Assembly (NCBI GenBank): GCA_000004985.1
Contig: GG738856.1
DNA length: 64,000 nucleotides
Strand: one strand, 5' to 3'
Source of the DNA: Naegleria gruberi
Lineage: Eukaryota
Below the pieces are notes generated by a model. The model did no database searches. It saw only the letters and a program-made list of their open reading frames with translations, and was not told the DNA's origin. Positions 35,527 through 47,180 of this stretch are shown piece after piece (position 1 is the first letter of the stretch; every line of letters begins with the position of its first letter). Made by a program: the position numbers and the translations under genes.

Positions 35527-37566
35527 TTGAAGGGATTTGATGAGAAAATTTATGCCAACTTGTGTTATACAGAGGTGAAGGAGTTGAATTTCCTATCGAG
35601 AATTTCTAAATGGTTATTATTGGGATTCGGAAGAGAAGAACAATCAGAAGGAGTTTTAAATAGTGTAAAATATGATGCAAGAATTGTTGGGGAGTATTTT
35701 AGAATTTTGGATATGGCAATTATACGTGAGCTTCATTACAGTAATATGAACAGTTCTTATTTCTTATTCCCTTCAAAGAATGAACAAGTGTGGAAAGAAA
35801 TTATTAATTATTGTCTTAGTTTGATAGATTTGGCTGATTCTACAGATAGAGGTTTGATAATTTCGTATGCTCTTAAAAGATTTATTCAGAGAGACAATAG
35901 AATTAAAGGTATTGTTGCAGAAAAGAGAGAAAACTTGATTCAAATGATGATTAGATTGACCAGATTTCCAACCAATCAAACATTATTGACAAATAATCAT
36001 TCTCTGATGGTTTATTGGACTCTCAAGTTGCTCAACTTGAGTGGTGCAGAGAAATGGGACGGATTAATTGAACACAAAACAACTTGGGAGAAAATTCAGG
36101 GATTTTACTTGAAAGCATTAGTTGACACTCTTCCTGAAAACTTGCTTGATAGACATTACACTCAAACTCATATTGAACCAAATGAAATTGTAACAGAGGT
36201 GTTTAATCTGGTCAATTCTTGCTATTTGAAGAATGGTGACTCTGTTTCTTGTCTATTTGATGATCAATTGACTTGTACAGGAAATATTTTGAAAAAATGT
36301 ACAATAGTTTCTATGGCAAATACTATCATGAATAGATCAGAGATTGAAATCGATGGTTTGATGCTTAATTCCTTAGCTAGAGCTCTCAAGTTGAAAAATG
36401 ACAATAATGTGTGTAAGCTTTTCAGCTCGAAGATTTCTTCCTTCTTTGAGCAAAATCCAAAACAACCAATTTCCGAGCTCTATTACTCCATAATTAAGCT
36501 ATACAAAAGCAAATATTCTACCTTCAAAGATTATTGTGAAATATTCGACAGTAATGAACAAAGAGAATTTATTTCCAATACTATTATGGATCCTTTTCTC
36601 GACCATTATATGGAAATAAGGAAAGGAACAGACAAAACTTATTTGCAGAATATTGTAGACGGTTTTGAAGCATTTGGGAAAAGTAGCTCGGTTCTTGATG
36701 AGAGAATGGTGACCCTGCTTGTGGATTTTGGTGACAACTCACTCCTATATGCTTATTTACATGAAGGAGGATACTGTCAAATTTATAGTGTCTTTGAGAC
36801 GTTTGCATCTATTATTCAAAACAGAGGAGCTGAGCTGATGAACATTATGGATGGAGCAATGTGCAATCGTTTAGAAAAACAATTAGAATTAAGTATTTCA
36901 AGCTATAATAGTGACGATGGTTGGTTTGCTGTTTTATGTTCAGCACTGGAAAGTGGATTATTTTGGAACATTATTGAAAAATCGAGGCAATTAACTGAGC
37001 CAACCTTTACAATAACTGAGAAATTCAAACAAGGCTACACTTTAGAACTTGTGAAAAAGGTGAGACAAGAACGTGAAGGTAGTACTCAGGATCCTTCTTT
37101 CTACACTCTCTACTGTTTGTGGTTCCTCTTAATGGAGAATATTGAAAAATCTAACAAGGTTAGAAGAGGAAAGAAAACTGAAACATACAGAGCTCTCGTT
37201 AATCTATCTTTGATTCCAAGAGATTATGACTGTGGCAATCCTCGTGATTCTGTGTTTGCCTTTTTACTACTTGCAGAACTTGAGGAAAATGTGGAAGAAA
37301 ACATGAGTATTATTTTGCAAAACATGGATCACATCATTAATAGTATGTATGAACAATCACACAGAAGCACAAGCTTTTTAAGCTTTGCAATAAGTAGACT
37401 ATTGGAAAACATTGAAAGATTTCTCTATCACTACAGTGGAAGAAATGAATTGCATTCAATTCGATCTAATTTAAAACAGGCATTAATTTACTTGCCAACT
37501 TATGAACATCCAAAACTTTTAGAAAATATTCATAATCTTCTTGATGATAATGAAGTTGATCATTAA
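35527..37566 (+). CDS. Hypothetical protein, 679 aa, no recognisable domain
   Basis: Long continuous ORF of normal composition. Confidence 0.55.
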   Translation: MKGFDEKIYANLCYTEVKELNFLSRISKWLLLGFGREEQSEGVLNSVKYDARIVGEYFRILDMAIIRELHYSNMNSSYFLFPSKNEQVWKEIINYCLSLIDLADSTDRGLIISYALKRFIQRDNRIKGIVAEKRENLIQMMIRLTRFPTNQTLLTNNHSLMVYWTLKLLNLSGAEKWDGLIEHKTTWEKIQGFYLKALVDTLPENLLDRHYTQTHIEPNEIVTEVFNLVNSCYLKNGDSVSCLFDDQLTCTGNILKKCTIVSMANTIMNRSEIEIDGLMLNSLARALKLKNDNNVCKLFSSKISSFFEQNPKQPISELYYSIIKLYKSKYSTFKDYCEIFDSNEQREFISNTIMDPFLDHYMEIRKGTDKTYLQNIVDGFEAFGKSSSVLDERMVTLLVDFGDNSLLYAYLHEGGYCQIYSVFETFASIIQNRGAELMNIMDGAMCNRLEKQLELSISSYNSDDGWFAVLCSALESGLFWNIIEKSRQLTEPTFTITEKFKQGYTLELVKKVRQEREGSTQDPSFYTLYCLWFLLMENIEKSNKVRRGKKTETYRALVNLSLIPRDYDCGNPRDSVFAFLLLAELEENVEENMSIILQNMDHIINSMYEQSHRSTSFLSFAISRLLENIERFLYHYSGRNELHSIRSNLKQALIYLPTYEHPKLLENIHNLLDDNEVDH

Positions 37567-38497
37567 TCTGTAAATTGTCCATCAGAAATTATTAAAGTAA
37601 TATTGATCATTAATGAGTAAAATATTTACCACCTTATATTAATTCCAACTGTTTCTATTTTCGAACTGAAAACTTTGCAAATCTTTCAAAATCTAGATTT
37701 TGATGAAATTCTTCGAGAAGGAGAAAATTCAATTATGAAAATGGTGCACAACATGTTGTGGGTGAACAGAAACAATTAAGCCACTAATGAAAATAGTATC
37801 GGGATAAAAAAGAGAATTAATCTTCATTTAAGAGTGGATCAGTAGAGGTGAATGAAGTCATGCTAGGAGGAACAGAGCCAGGTGGTTCCCTTACAAGAGA
37901 CAAGTCTCCCATAGCTTCCCCACGAGTCAATCCATTCCAGGCGATCTTATAAAAACTTTCTTCCTTTCCACACGAGTTTGAATGGATGAAGATTTTACTC
38001 TCCAAAATTGTTCCCTCACAAAAATAGGGCATTGTTGTGGTTGTGAATATTTTTAAATAATTTTCTTCCTCATCTCATGGAATTTAATTTTCGGGTGTGA
38101 TGAGAATAAATCAAAGGTTTCAAGCAGATAGTAATATTCAATTTGTTGGTGAAAGGCAAAATTATCCTTGTAGAGTGTTATATTCAGAGACCGAAACTTA
38201 AATAATAATTATCATCAAAGTAGTTATGGAACACTTGTAAATCATCATCAAACAGAGAATACGAGTACAACATCCTTCTCAGTTCCTTGAGAAAATGTTG
38301 TGCATTTTTTATTGTGGTTTTAATTTTTCAATTTAAATTACATTTACGACAATTATTTAAATATTAATTATTGCCAAGGTTTTATCTGAGGTTTAGGGTA
38401 GTGGTTGTTTAGCATTATTATGTGAAGTTCACAGCAAACAAAATTCAAAAAAATTGAACCAACATCCACCACGTGCCACTGTTCTCTCCTGCCGAGT

Positions 38498-39436
38498 ATG
38501 AATATCTTGTCGCGCATCACATCCCCTCTCAGTATTGCAATTTCTTCTGGTATTCTTTTACTCATGTCATTCTTTAGCTTTTTCAAGAATAAATCTGCCG
38601 AAACCAAACAAGAAGGCAAACCTACACGTACTACTCAGCAAGGAACCGATTCTACCTATCATGTCAATGATTTACTGATACAGTTTCCAGAGCAGGAAAA
38701 AGATGAACTGTATCACTTGATGAATAGTGAAGAAAATTTAAAATTCCTCCAAGAAAATCCAATTTTGAAAAAGCAGGTTGATGGTGTGGAAGGTTGTTTT
38801 GTATTGGAAAATGTGATAACTCCTCTGGAATGCAAATTGTTTGTGGAAATTTCAGAAAAGATGGGTTATAAACCATCTCCATTGTCTGTTTTAGCAGGAA
38901 AGTTTGACACATCTGTCATTAATAACTCAACAAAGCAAATTAGAGATTCAGAAAGAATTTTGACAGATCTTCCTGAGAAGGTGATTGAAGTTTTGAATAA
39001 GAGAATTGAGCACTTGTTACCTGAGAAGGTAGATATTTATGGAGAGGAATGGACATTGAGAAAGAATACACCAATTAATGAACGTATCAGATTTAACAAG
39101 TACGGTGTCACCCAAAAGTTTGGACCTCATATGGATGCTGGCTATAGGAAGAATGATCATGAAATGACTCAGCTTACTATCATTTTCTATTTGAATGAGG
39201 ATTTCAAGGGTGGGGAGACTACATTCTTCCCAGGTGGAAGGAGACATCTCTTAGAAGAAGCTACTGTGCAAGAGGTCAGAATAGTTCCAAAGATAGGTCT
39301 TGTTAGTGTATTCTTCCAAAATGGTAAATTGAATCATAGGCATGAAGGATCTCCAGTTATTGAAGGTTTCAAGTACATTATTAGAAGTGATATTGCATAC
39401 ATCAAGTCCTCTTGGTTAGAATCTCAAAATCAATAA
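38498..39436 (+). CDS. 2-oxoglutarate/Fe(II)-dependent dioxygenase of the prolyl 4-hydroxylase (P4Hc) type with an N-terminal membrane anchor, 312 aa
   Basis: H-x-D...H facial triad context: FGPHMDAGY...LTIIFYLNEDFKGGETTFFPGG...NHRHEGSPV. N-terminal TM helix ISSGILLLMSFFSFF. Confidence 0.75.
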   Translation: MNILSRITSPLSIAISSGILLLMSFFSFFKNKSAETKQEGKPTRTTQQGTDSTYHVNDLLIQFPEQEKDELYHLMNSEENLKFLQENPILKKQVDGVEGCFVLENVITPLECKLFVEISEKMGYKPSPLSVLAGKFDTSVINNSTKQIRDSERILTDLPEKVIEVLNKRIEHLLPEKVDIYGEEWTLRKNTPINERIRFNKYGVTQKFGPHMDAGYRKNDHEMTQLTIIFYLNEDFKGGETTFFPGGRRHLLEEATVQEVRIVPKIGLVSVFFQNGKLNHRHEGSPVIEGFKYIIRSDIAYIKSSWLESQNQ

Positions 39437-39488
39437 TTAGAAACTTGCATTCCAATGAAAATACTTGAAATGACTTTGTTGTAAATAA

Positions 39489-41003
39489 TTAATTCAATAG
39501 AGATTGGAAACCTTGAGCTGTTCCATTATTTGGTGCAGGAACAATATTCAAAATTTGACAAATTGTAGAATAAATATCCAAATTTCTAACTACTCCATCA
39601 TATAAAAGTCCAGATTTGAAATGTTTTCCTTGAGCCATAAACAAGCTACTCATTTGAGCGGATTCATTATCAAAGCCATGATTTCCTTGCCCATATTTTG
39701 TACTGCTTGGTGTTCTCTTAATTGAGTATTCAACTTTGGCCAAAATCAAAATGTCAGCAATGCGATCTGATTGAGAGTAGTGAAATCTTGGTGGCATATT
39801 CTTCCTCGTGTAAACACCTTGTATAGCACTAGAGAAGGCAATAGAATTCATAATATTAGCAGCCAGTTGACCATAAATTTCATCGACTTGTGACTTGTCC
39901 TTAAAGTAAAAATCAAAAAATGGTCCATCATTCATATTCAAAACATCTGCTCCAATAATATCCTTTCCAAGTATATCAGAAACTGAAACAACTTGAGAGT
40001 CTGGAGTTTTGGCCATACCATGATCGCTCACAATGATCAAATCTACCTTATCCGTTGCATTTCTCTCATTCAAACCTTGAATGATGAGTCCTACTGCTTG
40101 ATCCACTTTTCTAATAGCTTCAGCTAATTCGGTTGTGTATTCTGGACCCAATGCATGTCCAACTGTATCAACAACCTCAAAATAGGTCAATATCAATCGA
40201 GGTCTCTTATCAGAATCAAACCACTCAAAAATTGTCTTGATTCTATCAGCATATGGAATTGATTCGTCATACTTCTTATAATAAGATGGATACATTCCTT
40301 GAATTGCCACATCTGAACCTGGCCAAAAGTAAGAAGCACTCACCAAACCTTGTTTTTCAGCTGTAACCCAAATTGGCTCTCCAAGCCACCACCTAGGATT
40401 GAATGCTTCTTGTGATCCCAATTTGAAAACAGCATCATAATTGGGATCATAAAATCTATTGGAAACAATTCCATGTGATTCAGCATATAAACCAGTGACC
40501 AAAGTATAATGATTAGGGAAGGTTTTGGAAGGAAAGATTGGTCTCATACTTTTTGCCTTGACTCCCTTCTGATAGATGGAACGTAAATTGATGCAATTAT
40601 CAGTACACATGGACAAGTATTCAGGTTTAAAACCATCCAATGAAACCATAATTACCGTCGAATTGATTTGATGATCAATTATTGGAACCTCCTTTCTATT
40701 CATTGCATTCACAATAATTAATCCAGCAATCACAGCGTTAGCCAATACTATAAACGAGATGATTATGAAAATACCAATCATGATAATACCCAAAGTACGA
40801 ACAGATTTCCGTGAAGGTGATAATACTTGTCTTGATTCATCATCCATGTATTCGGAATCATCAAAACTTGGACCATTTTCACCATCATATCGACTCGCCT
40901 CAATATTGGAGTGAATGAGATTTCGTTCCTGTTCATGTTCTCTACTTGGAGAGGAAGCTTGATAGAGAATTCGTTCATGCTCTCTGAGGTGATGATGATT
41001 CAT
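39489..41003 (-). CDS. Ectonucleotide pyrophosphatase/phosphodiesterase (ENPP, alkaline-phosphatase superfamily), type II membrane protein, 504 aa
   Basis: IMVSLDGFKPEYL, FPSKTFPNHYTLVTGLYAESHGIVSNRFYDP, VSDHGM. N-terminal TM helix IIMIGIFIIISFIVLANAVIAGLII. Confidence 0.85.
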   Translation of the reverse strand: MNHHHLREHERILYQASSPSREHEQERNLIHSNIEASRYDGENGPSFDDSEYMDDESRQVLSPSRKSVRTLGIIMIGIFIIISFIVLANAVIAGLIIVNAMNRKEVPIIDHQINSTVIMVSLDGFKPEYLSMCTDNCINLRSIYQKGVKAKSMRPIFPSKTFPNHYTLVTGLYAESHGIVSNRFYDPNYDAVFKLGSQEAFNPRWWLGEPIWVTAEKQGLVSASYFWPGSDVAIQGMYPSYYKKYDESIPYADRIKTIFEWFDSDKRPRLILTYFEVVDTVGHALGPEYTTELAEAIRKVDQAVGLIIQGLNERNATDKVDLIIVSDHGMAKTPDSQVVSVSDILGKDIIGADVLNMNDGPFFDFYFKDKSQVDEIYGQLAANIMNSIAFSSAIQGVYTRKNMPPRFHYSQSDRIADILILAKVEYSIKRTPSSTKYGQGNHGFDNESAQMSSLFMAQGKHFKSGLLYDGVVRNLDIYSTICQILNIVPAPNNGTAQGFQSLLN

Positions 41004-41205
41004 GTTGTTGCATTTTTTTTTAATTAAGAAATAAAAATTGAATATTTAAGTGTGAGTGGAGTGATCTTAATAAGGCAAATTTAATGAATGTGTGTGAATA
41101 TGGATTGAAATTTTGTGTAAAAAATCAATGCATTCATTTCATATTTCATTACATTATTGGATTGTAAACTGTGAATTTTTGAAAATGGATGAATTTTTTA
41201 TGTAA

Positions 41206-43101
41206 TTAGGGTGTGTTGGTGAGGAAGATTTTACCAACGAGGAGGTGCATGGTTTTCATCTTTTTAAAGTAATTTTCATTGAGGTGGGATGGAAGGGCTA
41301 GTTGGATTTGATTCGAGTCTATTTGAATGTCATTGATGGCCACAAAGTGGTTGACCTGATCTCTGAGCTGTTCTCGAAGAGAATGTACTGAGCAGATGGA
41401 TTTGGAAAGAGTTACAATCATGTGTTCCTTGACAGAGTCTATCGAATTGAATTGTTGAGTTCTTTCATCGAATTGGTAGAGTTTGACATCATCGAGTGAA
41501 CGAGTAACAATAATTGGATTCGGTCCAAAATATTCATTCACTGATTGGGTTCTGTTTCTTCTCCGTTTCGGTCTGGATTTATGAGTGACGAATTGGCTTG
41601 GTTCGACATTAATTACTTTACAGGTCTTCTTTCGGAGAGTGTTTTCTAATGGAGCTATCAATTTTTCATCCAAACACAAAAGATGTGTAATTTTGAATTG
41701 CTCCACCATGGCACTTAGTGTGATTAGCCCTGTATGGTCAACTCTTCCAGGTGTATTAATCATCCAAAATGTCTTCTTTCCACCAGTATTAATTTTAGTA
41801 TTAATGTTTTTGTAATTTTTGAAAATATTCTTGAAAATTCTCAAATGATCTGCAATAGTTGTACCAGTTGTATCTCCAAAGTTGTAAATATACTTGTTTG
41901 GTGAGTTGTGGACGAGTTCTTTCAGTTTGGAATTGATAGTATTGCACTTGGTGGATAATTTTCCTTGCAACTCGGAGAAGATAAAGTTATTGGAACTGTA
42001 TGTGAAAGCTACACTTCCTGGTAGTGTCATATTATTTTGTCCCATATCCATATCGGAATAGAAACACAATCTCTGATTTTCACTCAGAGCAAAATGCAAA
42101 AAGTAATTGGTTATTGTGGATTTTCCCCTGTCAACTCCTCCAACTACCATAATTCTTGGATTTTCATCCTCCTCAGTAATGGATTGATACAATTTGAATC
42201 TATCCATAAATAATTTACCATCTCCATATGGAATATTTGTACAATCGCCAGTCAACTCTTGCAACTTGTCAATGGTAAATTTGAAATTGTGAAATGCATC
42301 CATATTTGAGGCATTGAAATTAATAGAGTATGAAAAGTCTTCGAGAGCACTTCTATAATCCCCAGTCATGTAAAATGAAACTCCTCTATAAAAGTGAAAC
42401 TCTCCCAACAAGACTCTATCTCCCTCAGTCATGATTAATTTCGAATAATCACCAATTGCATTGCCATACATTTGTCTCTGATAGTAAATCTGAGCTCTCA
42501 AACTCAGTGCTCTATTATTATTTGGGTCAATATCCAACATCCAATTCAACGATTCAAGAGCTTCTTGGCTTTGATCCATCCTCAACAAACAATCAACCTT
42601 ACAATTCATCACATCCAACATGAGCTCTCTAGTAATCATTGGACTCACTTCCAACTCATCCTTACTCAAAAGGAAAAAATCATCAATAGCCCTCAAACAA
42701 TTCTCATTCTCCCTGTTCAAATTATATCTTTGAATAATTTCCAAAATATTTTCAATTCTTTCCATTAAATTATTTTCCATTTCCAAAATTGCAAAATTAT
42801 TATCAGTATGGTCTTGATTTTCCATCACATCACCACCACCAATACTACTACTAGCAGCCATTGAAATGGAGGAATTTAATATTTTACCATTCAGAGTTGA
42901 ATAATTAAAGTCCGATGATGAAGACAATCCAACAATATTATTCAAGTAATTATTATTATTGCAATTGTTGATGAGTAATAATTTCCTCATTGAATGCTTC
43001 AAAAAACTCCTTTTAAAACCATCACCACCACCAGCACCACCAATACGACTACGGATTAAAACATTCATCACGTTCATTCTCTTCTTCATATTTTTTTGCA
43101 T
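41206..43101 (-). CDS. Polynucleotide 5'-kinase of the Clp1/Grc3/NOL9 family, Grc3/NOL9-like, with an N-terminal TPR-like region, 631 aa
   Basis: P-loop RIMVVGGVDRGKSTITNYFLHFAL, DMDMGQNNMTLPGSVAF, and FWMINTPGRVDHTGL...ITHLLCLDEK, the INTPG motif typical of Grc3/NOL9. Confidence 0.65.
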   Translation of the reverse strand: MQKNMKKRMNVMNVLIRSRIGGAGGGDGFKRSFLKHSMRKLLLINNCNNNNYLNNIVGLSSSSDFNYSTLNGKILNSSISMAASSSIGGGDVMENQDHTDNNFAILEMENNLMERIENILEIIQRYNLNRENENCLRAIDDFFLLSKDELEVSPMITRELMLDVMNCKVDCLLRMDQSQEALESLNWMLDIDPNNNRALSLRAQIYYQRQMYGNAIGDYSKLIMTEGDRVLLGEFHFYRGVSFYMTGDYRSALEDFSYSINFNASNMDAFHNFKFTIDKLQELTGDCTNIPYGDGKLFMDRFKLYQSITEEDENPRIMVVGGVDRGKSTITNYFLHFALSENQRLCFYSDMDMGQNNMTLPGSVAFTYSSNNFIFSELQGKLSTKCNTINSKLKELVHNSPNKYIYNFGDTTGTTIADHLRIFKNIFKNYKNINTKINTGGKKTFWMINTPGRVDHTGLITLSAMVEQFKITHLLCLDEKLIAPLENTLRKKTCKVINVEPSQFVTHKSRPKRRRNRTQSVNEYFGPNPIIVTRSLDDVKLYQFDERTQQFNSIDSVKEHMIVTLSKSICSVHSLREQLRDQVNHFVAINDIQIDSNQIQLALPSHLNENYFKKMKTMHLLVGKIFLTNTP

Positions 43102-43284
43102 TCGATAAATTGATGAACATTTTGTCCGTCATCAAATTCCGATCATCAAATGAATATTTAAATTATTTAAATTCAATATGATTAATAATATTCTCATGGA
43201 TGAAGAAAATCTAACGTGGATTAGTTAAAAATCTCAGAAAGTTTTCTTCTTATCGGAGTAAAAGTTTGTCAAACTCCTTAAAAA

Positions 43285-44943
43285 ATGTCTCAACAACAAG
43301 AAGCATCTTCTGCAGCCTCATCTACTGCAACAATTGTTGAAGAGAAAATCACAAATAATAACAAGGCTTCTTCATCATCGGCATCTGAACAACAGCAAAG
43401 AGATGTTCCCAAGCTGAAATCACAAGTAAATAAGCAAAAACTTCAAAAGGCTATCAAGGAACATCTTCCTCCTAATCATACATTGTGGAGGGAGGTTTTT
43501 TCATTTCTGGAGAGTGATGATTTGTTCTTTGGTGTTGGATGTGTTTGCAAATGTTGGAAATCTTCATATTTGGATGGAATGACGAGGAATTTATTGATCA
43601 TGTTTAATAGGAATTTACAAACATATTGTGAAAATAATCAGATTAATGAATCGAGTAGGGAACAATTGGCTCGTAGGACTTTTATTGAAATGTGGAAGGA
43701 ATATATTAAATTATTGATTATTAATGATTTGTCACAGATAATAAGATTGGACACTAGAAAGCTTCTCCTTCTCAATTATAATACAAGTGCAAATGATCAT
43801 CATTCGGAAGAATCGAGGTTATTTGAAAAATTTGCAAATGAATTGTGTGACAAGGAAAGAATGCTTCCTATCACCACTAAGAAAGAGTACACAACCATGT
43901 CGATGGAATTGAGAAATATTCTCGTAGGAAAGGGAGCCAATAATAATAATGTAATTCCAACCATTGATAATTCCATTACCATCAAGCCAGTGACAAGCTC
44001 TACCTCTAGTTATAGTATTAGTATTGATGAAAATCCAAATGAAGAAAAGACAGGCCTTTTGAATTCTTACAAGAAGATCAGAATTTCCAACTTTGACATT
44101 CAAAATAAGACTATGATTGAATTGTTGGAAAATCAATGGAAGCAATACTTTTCCAGATTTGTATGGAATCATCAGAGACCTTCAATGCTTCAAAAGACTG
44201 ATCTCACCTCTGGAGAGGTTGTTCTTGACTCTGAGCAAGGTGAAAAATCTGTTGGCATCATTCAAACCATTCTCAATATGTTTGGTTGTAATTTTGAGAA
44301 TGACTTGTCTGCATCCAATGAAAGTTTCAGCTCTAGTTTGTCACTGGGAGATGGTAATGTCAATGTTTTGAATATTTCCCTCTTTATTAATGGAGAGTTT
44401 GGCAGTTTTATTGCTGATGGATATTCAGAGGTTGGATTTGATTTTATGGAGAGAACTTTCAAAATTGGAAAGCAAGTTTATCAATGTAAATTGAATTTGT
44501 GTGGTAAGTTCCAAAGTTTAAAACCCTTAATTTACAATTAATAATAATATTTTACAATTATTTGTGTGAAATATCTATGTGGAAATTAACAATAATTAGC
44601 TGGATCTAAACGATTCATCAGTGGAGGACTCATTCAAACCAAAAATTCAGACTATGTCATTTTGTGCACAACCAATGCAGATATGACTCAATATGAATAC
44701 TTTGAAGCCTACGATACCAATCCAATGACTGAATATCTCCTTGTTCACTTAAAGACTCCACTCTCAGAAGATCTCAAAACAGAAGAAGTTGAAAGAATGA
44801 GAAACTTTTCCAAAACAATTCTCAAATGTCCATTTATTTCCTTGGATAAGGAAACCTTTGGATCCAACATTCCACTCATGTATTGCATTATTTTGCATCA
44901 CTGTCTCAAAAATCAAACCTTCTCATCTTCTAGAAGAAAATAA
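43285..44943 (+). CDS. Hypothetical protein with an F-box-like N-terminal motif, two exons
   Basis: ORF 43285..44541 ends at a GTAAGT donor near 44505. An AG acceptor near 44599 opens an in-frame exon through 44943. N-terminus LWREVFSFLESDDLFFGVGCVCKCWKSSYL. Confidence 0.5.
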
Positions 44944-45037
44944 ATTGTTATCCTCACCACTTCAATGTAAATAATAATTAAATTAATCTTTGATTCAAAT
45001 AATATCCAATGATTAAAATTGTCATTGTTCAAACTGA

Positions 45038-45307
45038 TTAATGTTGTGATTGATCCTTATTTCCCTTCTTGAAAAGATAGGCAAGAGACAATCCAATAAC
45101 AACACCTCCACCCAATAGTGAATATCCAATACCAGTTGCTCTGGCCATTTGTGTTCGGGTGGCATGAAAAGTCTTTGGATTTTTAACTGTTTCCTTGATC
45201 ACATTTTGTATTTTGATTTCTTCGGGATTAATTTGTTTTCCTTCCTTCTCCAATTTTTGATATTGTTTAACAAACTCCTCACTCATATCTTCACTTTTCT
45301 TTTCCAT
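45038..45307 (-). CDS. Small membrane-anchored protein, 89 aa, single C-terminal TM helix
   Basis: ORF with GIGYSLLGGGVVIGLSLAYLF near the C-terminus. Function unknown. Confidence 0.4.
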   Translation of the reverse strand: MEKKSEDMSEEFVKQYQKLEKEGKQINPEEIKIQNVIKETVKNPKTFHATRTQMARATGIGYSLLGGGVVIGLSLAYLFKKGNKDQSQH

Positions 45308-46145
45308 CTTTTATCAATTCTTTCAATCACTCCTAATTATTCTTCTTATTTTGATACTTGAAAGATTTAGCCCGCCAAACAAGTTTCAATTTTTTTGTAA
45401 AATTAATTTTTTAAAAAAATTCTAAGAACCACAACCAAGCCTCAACACTCTCACTCACAAAGTTGGTCAGAGAATGATAAGCAGCAAAAGATCTTCATGC
45501 CCAGGTCTTAAGATCACTCCGACCCCTCTGCTTGCAGAGACGTAGTTACGATGGAGTTATTGAGTCATAACTGTGCCAAAGTTAAGCGCCACGATTGGTG
45601 GGGTTTCCTGCTGAGAGTGGTGGAGAAGCTAATCAAAGGGTATCATTCGTTGGAAACACTTGTATGGCTGAGAGATTCACCGAGTAGCAATACTCAATGT
45701 AGTCTCAATAATAAGCTGTATAGTGTGGGATGATACTACCTCACATTTTGTTTTGATATTTCTATATTCTCTTATTTTCTAATACAGAAATTTTATGAGT
45801 TTATGAGATTGCACTAATTGACAAGTTCATTGACAAGAAGAAGGACATGTACTCTCTCTATTCCTTAATATTATTTGAATATTAAACTCAATATCTTATT
45901 CTTTAGCTCCCAATGCAAAAGGCATTAGAGCATGAAACCTTCCAATTCAATTTTTTTCAATTAGAACGTTAGACAACTATTTTTAAATTCCTCATCACAG
46001 ACACGTTGAATTTTCTCTAACAAAAAAATCATCAATTATTCATTATTTCTCCTCAGCAGAAAGTTTTGGCAAAGAAGAATTTAATTGATCATCACTATAA
46101 TATATTAAATTTATTAAATAATAATAATAACAACAAAAATACAAA

Positions 46146-46742
46146 ATGCCATCAATGGATGATTTAGTTTTTAATCTTAAATTTACAAGCAAACAATTCC
46201 AAAGAGCTTCTAAAAAAGCTGAAAAGGAAGAAAAGAAGGAAAAGGACAAGGTTAAACAAGCTATGGAAAAGGGTAATCTTGAAGGTGCTCGTATTCACGC
46301 TCAAACAGCCATCAGAAAAAAGAATGAAACTATTAACTTTTTGAGACTTTCATCAAGAATTGATGCAGTTGCTAGTAGAATGGATACAGCCATCAAGATG
46401 AATAGGGTGACATCAACTATGGGTGGTATTGTTAAGGGAATGGATAAAGTTCTCGGAGCAATGGATGCTAGTAAAATTGGAGCAATTTTGGATAAATTTG
46501 AACAACAATTTGAAGATTTGGATGTTACTAGTCAATACATGGAAAGTTCAATGCAACAAACAACAAGTTTGTCAACACCTGAAGATGAAGTCAATCAACT
46601 CATGGCCGAAGTTGCTGATGAAAATGGTTTGAATGTTTCTGAAAAATTGGGAGCAGTCAAAACCAAGAAGGATGATATCCAAAGTGTTCAAGTTGATGAA
46701 TTATCGGAAAGATTATCCAAACTCAAATCCCAAAAATTGTAA
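46146..46742 (+). CDS. CHMP1: ESCRT-III subunit CHMP1 (Did2/Vps46), 198 aa
   Basis: Colinear with CHMP1B: LVFNLKFTSKQFQRASKKAEKEEK...ARIHAQTAIRKKNETINFLRLSSRIDAVASRMDTA...DKFEQQFEDLDV...ELSERLSKLK. Confidence 0.9.
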   Translation: MPSMDDLVFNLKFTSKQFQRASKKAEKEEKKEKDKVKQAMEKGNLEGARIHAQTAIRKKNETINFLRLSSRIDAVASRMDTAIKMNRVTSTMGGIVKGMDKVLGAMDASKIGAILDKFEQQFEDLDVTSQYMESSMQQTTSLSTPEDEVNQLMAEVADENGLNVSEKLGAVKTKKDDIQSVQVDELSERLSKLKSQKL

Positions 46743-46837
46743 ATTAACCCATCTATTGCCAACACCACATTTGATTTTGTAAAATATTGAATATTTAAAA
46801 AAAATATAAAAAAATGATCTTTTCAATTTTAAAAAAA

Positions 46838-47180
46838 ATGGTCAAGATCCATATTGAATATTGTACTGCGTGAGGTTTGTATTTTACGTAACAAAATTAA
46901 CCGACAAATATTAATTTCTTTATCAATACATTTAATAATAATAATAATATCAATAGGATATGCCTCCAAATTTAGAAATGCTAAATTGTTTATTGAAAAG
47001 AATATTGAAGGTGCCACTGTAGAAGGTAATACAAAGTCCAAGCCTAGAGCTGGAGCTTTTGAAATTACTGACGAGAGTGGTAACTGCTATTACTCCAAGT
47101 TGCAAACTGGTACTCATATTACCAATGAACAACTTGAAGAAGTAGTCAAGGCCATTAAAAAGTCAATGGAAGACAAGTAA
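46838..47180 (+). CDS. Selenoprotein W-like (Rdx family) selenoprotein with an in-frame UGA (Sec) in the CxxU motif; join(46838..46874, 46957..47180), about 86 aa
   Basis: Exon 1 atg gtc aag atc cat att gaa tat tgt act gcg TGA g encodes MVKIHIEYCTAU. An 82-nt GT...AG intron follows. Exon 2 encodes GYASKF...KPRAGAFEITDESGNCYYSKLQTGTHITNEQLEEVVKAIKKSM, which matches the SelW pattern CxxUGYxxKY...GxFEV...G.L..SKL. The track ORF 46854..47180 starts at an intronic TTG. Confidence 0.7.

Noticed and set aside
37817-38032. 71-aa minus-strand ORF between the 35527 gene and the P4H gene
   Set aside because: It is short with no motif. It could be an exon of an unrecognised gene, but I cannot support it.
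45551-45733. 60-aa ORF inside the GC-rich island
   Set aside because: It has no codon-usage resemblance to neighbouring genes, no start context and no conserved motif. The region is better explained as non-coding.
46854-46956. N-terminal 35 codons of track ORF 46854..47180 (MNIVLREVCILRNK...)
   Set aside because: This is an AT-rich intron read in frame from a TTG. The real first exon is the 37-nt ATG...TGA-G segment at 46838-46874.
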